Source: Mucilaginibacter gynuensis
GTDB taxonomy: Bacteria > Bacteroidota > Bacteroidia > Sphingobacteriales > Sphingobacteriaceae
DNA length: 25,406 bases
Assembly: GCF_039541195.1 (NCBI RefSeq)
Contig: NZ_BAABFT010000031.1
Location: 1-25,406, forward strand
Direction: 5' to 3'
Part shown: positions 1 to 6,648 of the stretch, in pieces
How the letters are laid out: each line of letters starts with the position of its first letter
How positions within the stretch are numbered: position 1 is the stretch's first letter
The notes under the pieces: model-generated
Told to the model about the DNA's origin: nothing
What the model saw: the letters and a program-made list of their open reading frames with translations, nothing else
Database searches by the model: none
Translations under genes and position numbers: made by a program

Positions 1-158
1 TACTTTATTTAATAGTATGCACCCATCAACAACGTTTTGAACATTTGGACGGATATTGATAAGTTAATAATAATTGACCTCAACAGCCAATATTGTGCAA
101 CAGCCACTTTCTCTCAAAAGAAAAAAGAACCAAAAAAAATACTGAGCGTAGCGACCTC

Positions 159-311
159 ATGAACGCTTTAAAAAAACAAACAACAGTGAATAACGTCGCG
201 GCTGCGCAAGAAACTTTGAATGTTTGTGCGTGGGCAGGGCTTGTGCTACCCGTTCCTTACGATGCCGCATTTTTTCGGTTATTAAGAAGCAGTGCGTTTG
301 CATGGCGTTGA
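159..311 (+). CDS. hypothetical small protein (50 aa from ATG 159; the ORF opens at TTG 93)
   Basis: Open frame MNALKKQTTVNNVAAAQETLNVCAWAGLVLPVPYDAAFFRLLRSSAFAWR with no family I recognise. It ends 8 nt before a perfect palindrome. Upstream context is cut off by the window edge. Confidence 0.2.
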   Translation: MNALKKQTTVNNVAAAQETLNVCAWAGLVLPVPYDAAFFRLLRSSAFAWR

Positions 312-318
312 ATAGGCA

Positions 319-352
319 AGCATTGACAACCTTTTAAAAGGTTGTCAATGCT
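319..352. terminator. perfect 34-nt palindrome, candidate bidirectional terminator between convergent 3' ends
   Basis: AGCATTGACAACCTTTT/AAAAGGTTGTCAATGCT is exactly self-complementary. It lies between the stop of ORF 93-311 (+) and the stop of acs (-, 398). Confidence 0.5.
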
Positions 353-397
353 AAAACGAAACTATCTTGTCTCCTGATTCTCTATTCTTGATTCTAC

Positions 398-2302
398 TTA
401 CAGAGCTCCTGCCTTAATTTCATCTACTACAGCAGGATCAAGTAAGGTTGAGGTATCGCCCAGGTTGGTGGTATCGCCTTCGGCAATCTTCCTTAATATG
501 CGGCGCATAATTTTGCCCGAACGTGTTTTTGGCAGACCTGTTACAAACTGAATTTTATCAGGTTTGGCGATAGGGCCAATAATGCGTGATACCGTCATGA
601 TGATATCTTTGCGGGTAAGTTCCTCGTCGCCATGTTTATCCGGACTAACCACGTAAGCATATACGCCCTGGCCTTTAATATCGTGCGGGTAACCAACCAC
701 TGCCGATTCAACCACACTGCTGTGCATGTTAATGGCATTCTCCACTTCGGCAGTACCAATACGGTGACCGGATACATTCAGCACGTCATCCACACGGCCG
801 GTAATGCGGTAATAGCCATCATCGTCGCGCAGGCAGCCGTCGCCGGTAAAATATTGGTTTTCGTAAGTAGCAAAGTAAGTAGTACGGCAGCGCTCGTGAT
901 CGCCGTAAGTAGTGCGCAGCATACCCGGCCACGGGAACTTGATACACAGGTTTCCGCTTACGCCATTTCCTTCAATTTCAACGCCGTTCTCGTCAACCAA
1001 TACAGGTTGCACGCCTGGCAGCGGTAAGGTAGCGTAGCCCGGTTTGGTCGGGGTAACGCCTGCTATGGGCGATATCATAATACCGCCGGTTTCGGTTTGC
1101 CACCAGGTATCAACAATAGGGCATTTATTTTTGCCTATATTATCATCAAACCAGTGCCAGGCCTCTTCATTAATTGGCTCACCTACCGAACCTAATTTTT
1201 TAAGCGTGCTCAAATCCTTATTATTCACCTGATCGAGCCCGAAACTCATCAATGAGCGAATAGCGGTTGGCGCGGTGTACAGGATATTTACTTTATGCTT
1301 ATCAACAATCTCCCAGAAACGGCCGCAATCCGGCCAGGTTGGGATCCCCTCAAACATTACTGTGGTTGCCCCTTGTGATAGCGGGCCGTAAACGATGTAA
1401 GAATGACCTGTGATCCACCCGATATCGGCCGTACAAAAATAAACTTCGCCGCGCTCGTACTGAAAAACGTTGGCAAAGGTATACCCAGCGTAAACCATAT
1501 AACCACCGCAGGTATGTACCACACCCTTAGGCTTACCGGTTGAGCCCGATGTATACAGAATGAACAGCATATCTTCAGCATCCATTTCTTCGGCAGGGCA
1601 ATCAGGATTACCTTGAGTTTCTACCTTTTTAATTTCGTCTTCCCACCAAACATCACGGCCTTTTATCATTGATACCGGGGTATGGCTGCGGGTAAGTACA
1701 ATTACTTTTTTAACAGTAGGGCATTGTACCAGGGCATCATCTATTACACTCTTCAGCGGAATTTCTTTGGGCCCACGTTGGCTGCCGTCGGTAGTAATTA
1801 CCAGGGCGCAGGTAGCATCATTTATCCTATCGGCAATTGACTGGGCCGAAAACCCGCCGAATACCACCGAATGGATAGCGCCGATACGGGCACAGGCTAA
1901 TACGGCAATGGCCAGCTCGGGTACCATCGGCATATAAATACAAATACGGTCGCCTTTTTTAGCGCCGTTGTTTTTAAGCACATTGGCAAACTGGCAAACT
2001 TTATCATGCAGTTGTTTATAGGTAAGCACGCGGTGATCTTCATGCGGATCATTAGGCTCCCATACAATGGCAGGCACATCGCCATGTTTTTCGAGGTGGC
2101 GGTCGAGGCAGTTTTCGGTAATGTTCAGCTTGGCGCCATCAAACCATTTAATACTTGGCTCTCTGAAATTCCATTGCAAAACATTGTCCCATTTTTTTTT
2201 CCATTGAAAATTATCGGCAATGTCGGCCCAAAATTCTTCGGGTTTTTCAACGCTTTGTTTATAAACTTGCTGGTACTGTTCAAATGATGTTATCTTCATC
2301 AA
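398..2302 (-). CDS. acs: acetyl-CoA synthetase (AMP-forming)
   Basis: 634 aa full-length ORF. AMP-binding motifs YTSGSTGKPKG and WQTETGG are present, along with the C-terminal PKTRSGKIMRR motif typical of Acs. Confidence 0.97.
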   Translation of the reverse strand: MMKITSFEQYQQVYKQSVEKPEEFWADIADNFQWKKKWDNVLQWNFREPSIKWFDGAKLNITENCLDRHLEKHGDVPAIVWEPNDPHEDHRVLTYKQLHDKVCQFANVLKNNGAKKGDRICIYMPMVPELAIAVLACARIGAIHSVVFGGFSAQSIADRINDATCALVITTDGSQRGPKEIPLKSVIDDALVQCPTVKKVIVLTRSHTPVSMIKGRDVWWEDEIKKVETQGNPDCPAEEMDAEDMLFILYTSGSTGKPKGVVHTCGGYMVYAGYTFANVFQYERGEVYFCTADIGWITGHSYIVYGPLSQGATTVMFEGIPTWPDCGRFWEIVDKHKVNILYTAPTAIRSLMSFGLDQVNNKDLSTLKKLGSVGEPINEEAWHWFDDNIGKNKCPIVDTWWQTETGGIMISPIAGVTPTKPGYATLPLPGVQPVLVDENGVEIEGNGVSGNLCIKFPWPGMLRTTYGDHERCRTTYFATYENQYFTGDGCLRDDDGYYRITGRVDDVLNVSGHRIGTAEVENAINMHSSVVESAVVGYPHDIKGQGVYAYVVSPDKHGDEELTRKDIIMTVSRIIGPIAKPDKIQFVTGLPKTRSGKIMRRILRKIAEGDTTNLGDTSTLLDPAVVDEIKAGAL

Positions 2303-2521
2303 AGTAATTTTTGTTAGTATAATTGGTAAAATACAGGCTGTGATAAATAAAATTTGGCCTCAAATAATCAGTTTATGCCTCCTAAAATACAGTTTTTAAC
2401 CACTGTGGTTTTACATAATGAAAAGATTTTCAATTTTTTTGCTCATGGTATTGTCTATTTCACTAAAAAACCTGATATTTGCACTCCTCATTAAATCGAG
2501 GAAGTAATAAATAGATTTGTC

Positions 2522-2755
2522 ATGTCAAGAATTTGTGATTTAACAGGAAAAGGATACATGAACGGTAATAGTGTTTCAAACTCAAACGCTAAGACTAAAC
2601 GTAAATTTTATCCTAACTTAAAACTAAAGAAGTTTTATATCCCTGAAGAAGATAAATGGATAACCTTAAAGGTATCTACTTCAGCAGTTAAAACTATCAG
2701 CAAGAACGGTATAACTGCTTGTATCAATAAATTTGTAAAAAAGGGATACATTTAA
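2522..2755 (+). CDS. rpmB: 50S ribosomal protein L28
   Basis: 77 aa. The N-terminus [21 protein letters not shown] is typical of L28, and rpmG follows. Confidence 0.95.
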   Translation: MSRICDLTGKGYMNGNSVSNSNAKTKRKFYPNLKLKKFYIPEEDKWITLKVSTSAVKTISKNGITACINKFVKKGYI

Positions 2756-2839
2756 TAGATAGTTGAATTATACGGATTATAAGATGCATGTAATTGCGCC
2801 TTGTAGTTTGTAATATACAACTTACAACATAAAAAAATT

Positions 2840-3022
2840 ATGGCTAAGAAAGGTAACAGAGTTCAGGTTATACTTGAGTGTACTGAACATAAAGGAAGCG
2901 GCCTGCCAGGCATGTCTCGCTACATTACTACCAAGAACAAGAAAAACACAACTGAAAGGTTAGAGTTAAAGAAATTTAACCCTGTACTTAGAAAAGTAAC
3001 TGTTCATAAAGAAATTAAATAA
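2840..3022 (+). CDS. rpmG: 50S ribosomal protein L33
   Basis: 60 aa, [18 protein letters not shown]...[19 protein letters not shown], the L33 signature. Confidence 0.95.
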   Translation: MAKKGNRVQVILECTEHKGSGLPGMSRYITTKNKKNTTERLELKKFNPVLRKVTVHKEIK

Positions 3023-3094
3023 TAACTGTTGCTATTGCAGTTTGCGGTTTTAATTAACTGTATAATCACAATCACAACTTTACAATATTAGATT

Positions 3095-3256
3095 ATGGCA
3101 AAGAAAGTAGTTGCAACCCTGAAAACAGGTAAAGGCAAAGAATATTCAAAAGTGATCACCGCTGTTAAATCACCAAAAACAGGTGCTTACACTTTCAAAG
3201 AACTGATTGTGCACAACGATCACGTTAAGGACGCTATTAACGACGCTAAAGCTTAA
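3095..3256 (+). CDS. DUF4295 family small protein (53 aa), not in the supplied ORF track
   Basis: Translated by hand from ATG 3095 to TAA 3254-3256: MAKKVVATLKTGKGKEYSKVITAVKSPKTGAYTFKELIVHNDHVKDAINDAKA. A lysine-rich ~50-aa protein directly after rpmB-rpmG is the conserved Bacteroidota arrangement. Confidence 0.8.
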   Translation: MAKKVVATLKTGKGKEYSKVITAVKSPKTGAYTFKELIVHNDHVKDAINDAKA

Positions 3257-3285
3257 TAATAGTTCGTTCCGTTACAAAAATACCG

Positions 3286-3320
3286 AAGCCGTCTTGTATC
3301 ACAACGAGAGGGCTTTTTTT
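3286..3320 (+). terminator. rho-independent terminator after the rpmB-rpmG-DUF4295 unit
   Basis: Stem 3286-3297 pairs with 3304-3315 (11 pairs including one G.U, one G/G mismatch), with a 6-nt loop, running into T7 (3314-3320). Confidence 0.6.
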
Positions 3321-3417
3321 GTTGAGCCCGATCTTGCATGGTATACAAGCAAGCAGCTATGCCGCCACGTTGTTTATTTTATGACGTGTACAAGCATATT
3401 ACCTGTTTGCATATCGG

Positions 3418-3425
3418 TACATTTG
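3418..3425 (+). promoter_or_regulatory. candidate Bacteroidota -7 promoter element for ftsY
   Basis: TACATTTG is an exact match to TAnnTTTG, 36 nt upstream of the ftsY ATG. No well-spaced -33 TTTG was seen (the nearest TTTG, 3406-3409, is too close). Confidence 0.3.
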
Positions 3426-3460
3426 CATTAAGCACATTATACATCTGCATATTATAGTTT

Positions 3461-4426
3461 ATGGGATTATTTGATTTCTTTAAGAAAAAAGAGAACACCG
3501 AGCAGGAGCAACAAGCACTTGATACCGGTCTTGAAAAAACGAAAGACAGTTTTTTTTCGAAGATAACCAAAGCCATTGCCGGTAAATCAACCGTTGATGA
3601 CGATGTGCTTGATGAGCTGGAAGAGGTACTGGTAACGTCAGACGTTGGCGTAACCACTACCCTCAAAATTATTGAGCGTATACAAGAGCGTGTTGCCCGC
3701 GATAAATATGTAAGCACTACCGAGCTTAACGGTTTGCTGCGCGATGAAATTCAAAAGCTGCTTGCCGAAAACAACAGCAACGATTTCAACAATTTTGAAT
3801 ATGGCAGCCATAAGCCTTATGTAATAATGGTAGTGGGTGTAAATGGTGTGGGTAAAACCACCACTATCGGTAAACTGGCTCACAAGCTTAAGCAAGCAGG
3901 CAACAAGGTAGTATTAGGCGCGGCCGATACCTTCCGCGCGGCGGCGGTTGACCAGATACAGCTTTGGGGCGACCGTGTGGATGTAAAGGTGGTAGCACAG
4001 CCCATGGGCAGCGACCCGGCATCGGTAGCTTTTGATACCCTGCGTTCGGCAGTGGCCAATGGCGATGATGTGGCTATTATTGATACCGCAGGGCGTTTAC
4101 ACAATAAAGTAGGCCTGATGAACGAGCTTACCAAAATTAAAAATGTGATGCAAAAGGTAGTACCCGGCGCACCGCACGAAATTTTGCTGGTGCTTGATGC
4201 TTCAACCGGCCAAAACGCCATTGAGCAATGTAAGCAGTTCACCGAAGCCACCGCGGTTAATGCCCTGGCGCTAACCAAGCTCGATGGCACAGCCAAAGGC
4301 GGCGTGGTTATAGGTATATCAGATCAGTTTAAGATCCCGGTAAAATACATAGGTGTAGGCGAAGGTGTGGATCACTTACAGCTTTTTGATAGGAAAGCGT
4401 TTATGGATAGCTTATTTAAAGATTAG
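3461..4426 (+). CDS. ftsY: signal recognition particle receptor FtsY
   Basis: 321 aa with the SRP-GTPase NG domain: GVNGVGKTTTIGKLA (G1), DTAGRL, and LTKLDGTAKGG (G4/G5). Confidence 0.96.
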   Translation: MGLFDFFKKKENTEQEQQALDTGLEKTKDSFFSKITKAIAGKSTVDDDVLDELEEVLVTSDVGVTTTLKIIERIQERVARDKYVSTTELNGLLRDEIQKLLAENNSNDFNNFEYGSHKPYVIMVVGVNGVGKTTTIGKLAHKLKQAGNKVVLGAADTFRAAAVDQIQLWGDRVDVKVVAQPMGSDPASVAFDTLRSAVANGDDVAIIDTAGRLHNKVGLMNELTKIKNVMQKVVPGAPHEILLVLDASTGQNAIEQCKQFTEATAVNALALTKLDGTAKGGVVIGISDQFKIPVKYIGVGEGVDHLQLFDRKAFMDSLFKD

Positions 4427-4434
4427 TTTTCTTT

Positions 4435-4486
4435 GGATTTCACCGATTATTGGGGGATTACACCGATTCGGAATGATTTCACTGGT
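4435..4486. repeat. three reverse-orientation copies of the ATCGGTGAAATC-family motif upstream of the GxxExxY ORF
   Basis: GGATTTCACCGATT (4435-4448) is the exact reverse complement of the downstream 14-mer. Degenerate copies are GGATTACACCGATT (4455-4468) and TGATTTCACTGG (4475-4486). Confidence 0.7.
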
Positions 4487-4528
4487 TTTTGGAATATTGA
4501 TTTTAAGTTTCGATTTTTTTGATTGATA

Positions 4529-4912
4529 ATGGATAACGCTTCATTCGAGAAAGATCTGCTCACTGAAAAGATAATCGGGTGTTGTTTTGAGGTTCATAAA
4601 GAGCTGGGACCTGGCTTTATAGAAAAGATCTATTCCAAAGCGTTACAACATCAGCTATCGATCCAAAAATTGAGTTTTGAAGCGGAGAAAGAATTTGATG
4701 TTCTCTTTAAGGGACATTTTGTAGGCAGGTTCAGGTGCGATCTGTTTATAGAGAACAAAGTAATTGTAGAACTAAAATCAGTAACAGGTTTTGATATGCC
4801 GAAGCTGTTCCATAAACAACTTTTATCATATCTAAAGGCAAGTAATATAAAAACAGGACTATTAATAAATTTCGGTAACCAAAGCTGCGAAGTAAAAAGG
4901 CTATCGATATAA
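4529..4912 (+). CDS. GxxExxY protein (PD-(D/E)XK nuclease-fold family)
   Basis: The family-name motif G-FI-E-KI-Y sits in ELGPGFIEKIY. The PD-(D/E)XK-like residues RCDL...VELK are intact. Size is ~127 aa from ATG 4529; the ORF track opens at TTG 4523. Confidence 0.8.
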   Translation: MDNASFEKDLLTEKIIGCCFEVHKELGPGFIEKIYSKALQHQLSIQKLSFEAEKEFDVLFKGHFVGRFRCDLFIENKVIVELKSVTGFDMPKLFHKQLLSYLKASNIKTGLLINFGNQSCEVKRLSI

Positions 4913-4920
4913 CACATAAA

Positions 4921-5262
4921 GGCAGGAAATCACCAAAAAACTGAAATCACCACAAAAAAATCAGTGAAATCAGCAACAACAAATCGGTGAAATCCAAAAA
5001 CAATAAAATAGAAATCACCACAATCCTGAAATCATTGTACAAAAAAATCGGTGAAATCAGGAACAACAAATCAGTGAAATCCAAAAAGAATAAAAGGAAA
5101 ATCCACCAATTGAAACGAAATCATCTTCCTCATACAGAAGTCGGTGAAATCCTAATCAATCGGTGAAATCCAAAAAGAATAAAATAGAAATCACCCAATC
5201 CTGAAATCATCGCCACAAAAAAATCGGTGAATCAGGAACAACAAATCGGTGAAATCCAAAAA
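4921..5262. repeat. ~87-88-bp tandem repeat array (~3.9 units) built from ATC(G/A)GTGAAATC and GAAATC sub-motifs
   Basis: The A7-TC(G/A)GTGAAATCAG(C/G)AACAACAAATC(G/A)GTGAAATCCAAAAA unit starts at 4954, 5041 and 5217 (offsets 87 and 2x88). The unit at ~5132 is degenerate and there is a partial unit at 4921-4953. The array ends 6 nt before the rimO ATG. Confidence 0.85.
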
Positions 5263-5268
5263 GAAATA

Positions 5269-6603
5269 ATGAGGACAAAAGAAATTAACCATGTAAAAAA
5301 GATTGCCAAACCGCGTGTGAACGTGGTTACTTTAGGCTGCTCAAAAAACATCTACGATTCGGAGATTTTGATGGGCCAGCTGAAGGGCAATAGCTTTGAT
5401 GTTGTGCACGAGGCTGATAAAGTGGGTAAGGATGATATCATCGTAATTAATACCTGTGGTTTTATTGATAATGCCAAGCAGGAATCTATCGATACAATCT
5501 TGCAATACAGCCAGCTGAAAGAAGAGGGCAAGGTAGGTAAGGTTATCGTAACCGGTTGCTTGTCTGAAAGGTATAAACCCGAACTGGAAGCCGAAATTAC
5601 CAACGTTGATGCCTATTTTGGTACTAACGACCTGCAAAATATATTACACAGCGTTGGCGCCAACTACCGCCACGAACTGATCGGCGAGCGCTTACTCACC
5701 ACGCCTTCGCACTTTGCTTACTTTAAAATTGCCGAAGGCTGTAACCGTCCGTGTTCGTTTTGCGCTATTCCGTTAATGCGGGGTAAGCACCTTTCGCAGC
5801 CTATTGATCAATTGGTAAACAATGCCAAAAGCCTGGTTAAGAACGGCACTAAAGAACTGATACTGATAGCGCAGGATCTTACCTATTACGGGCTGGACCT
5901 GTATGGCAAACGCAATTTGGATGAATTGATTCGTCGCTTAAGCGATGTGAATGGCGTGGAGTGGATCAGGTTGCAATACGCTTATCCTTCCGGTTTCCCG
6001 ATGGAAATATTGGATGTGATGAACGAGCGCGAGAACGTTTGTAAATACCTGGATATGCCATTGCAGCACATCAGCGATGACATGCTAAAATCGATGCGCC
6101 GTGGTATCACCAAGCAAAAAACTATCGACCTGGTAGATGCTATCCGCGATAAAGTGCCAAACATCGCTTTGCGTACTACGCTGATCACCGGTTACCCGGG
6201 TGAAACCGAGCAGGATTTTGAAGAAATGCAGCAATGGGTAGAAGATACCCGTTTTGATAGATTAGGCTGTTTCACTTACTCGCACGAAGAAAAAACGCAT
6301 GCCCATTCACTGGTGGACGATGTGCCTGAAGAAGTAAAACAGGAACGCGCCGATGCCATAATGGAAATACAGCAGGGTATCTCTTTTGATAAGAACCAGG
6401 AGAAAATAGGCAATACTTATAAAGTACTGGTTGATAAAAAAGATGGCGATTATTTTGTTGGCCGTACAGAATATGATTCGCCCGAGGTAGATAACGAGGT
6501 GCTGATTAATGCCGCACTTGACTATGCAACCGTTGGCAGCTTTGTAAACGTAAAAATTGACAAAGCAGAGGACTTCGATCTTTATGGACGGATTGTAAAA
6601 TAA
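5269..6603 (+). CDS. rimO: ribosomal protein S12 methylthiotransferase RimO
   Basis: MTTase N-domain VNVVTLGCSKNIYDSE, radical-SAM CNRPCSFC, and a C-terminal TRAM-like region. Start is set at ATG 5269 (MRTKEINH...); the track's GTG 5227 start lies inside the repeat array. Confidence 0.93.
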   Translation: MRTKEINHVKKIAKPRVNVVTLGCSKNIYDSEILMGQLKGNSFDVVHEADKVGKDDIIVINTCGFIDNAKQESIDTILQYSQLKEEGKVGKVIVTGCLSERYKPELEAEITNVDAYFGTNDLQNILHSVGANYRHELIGERLLTTPSHFAYFKIAEGCNRPCSFCAIPLMRGKHLSQPIDQLVNNAKSLVKNGTKELILIAQDLTYYGLDLYGKRNLDELIRRLSDVNGVEWIRLQYAYPSGFPMEILDVMNERENVCKYLDMPLQHISDDMLKSMRRGITKQKTIDLVDAIRDKVPNIALRTTLITGYPGETEQDFEEMQQWVEDTRFDRLGCFTYSHEEKTHAHSLVDDVPEEVKQERADAIMEIQQGISFDKNQEKIGNTYKVLVDKKDGDYFVGRTEYDSPEVDNEVLINAALDYATVGSFVNVKIDKAEDFDLYGRIVK

Positions 6604-6635
6604 TTTTAAGTTGCTGAACTTTTGGCCTAATGCTT

Positions 6636-6643
6636 TACATTTG
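6636..6643 (+). promoter_or_regulatory. candidate -7 element immediately upstream of bshC (possible leaderless or near-leaderless start)
   Basis: TACATTTG is an exact TAnnTTTG match ending 5 nt before the bshC ATG (6649). The only nearby TTTG (6621-6624) is 11 nt away, too close for a canonical -33. Confidence 0.2.
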
Positions 6644-6648
6644 GGGCA

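Noticed and set aside
595-2287. Seven short ORFs inside acs on both strands (595-777, 632-1027, 1044-1232, 1357-1581, 1897-2085, 2006-2287)
   Set aside because: All are nested in or antisense to a full-length, motif-complete acs gene. Their composition is typical of shadow frames.
2513-2520. TAGATTTG as the rpmB -7 promoter box
   Set aside because: It is an exact TAnnTTTG match but ends 1 nt before the rpmB ATG, so the TSS would fall inside the coding region. GATATTTG at 2474-2481 is a more plausible but imperfect candidate and was not called.
3207-3717. ORFs 3207-3431 (+) and 3379-3717 (-)
   Set aside because: The first spans the DUF4295 3' end, the terminator and the ftsY promoter region. 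The second is antisense to the ftsY 5' end, with low-complexity Ser/Thr runs. Neither has recognisable motifs.
3638-4296. Antisense ORFs within ftsY (3638-3895, 3880-4296)
   Set aside because: They are shadow frames of a well-supported GTPase gene with no independent signals.
4921-5262. Possible degenerate CRISPR array
   Set aside because: The repeated cores are only 6-14 nt, spaced ~22 bp apart and nested in an ~87-bp higher-order unit. There are no unique spacers, no leader and no cas genes in the window.
5227-5268. GTG 5227 as the rimO start (ORF-track call)
   Set aside because: These 14 codons are a translation of the tandem repeat unit. ATG 5269 gives a conventional RimO N-terminus.
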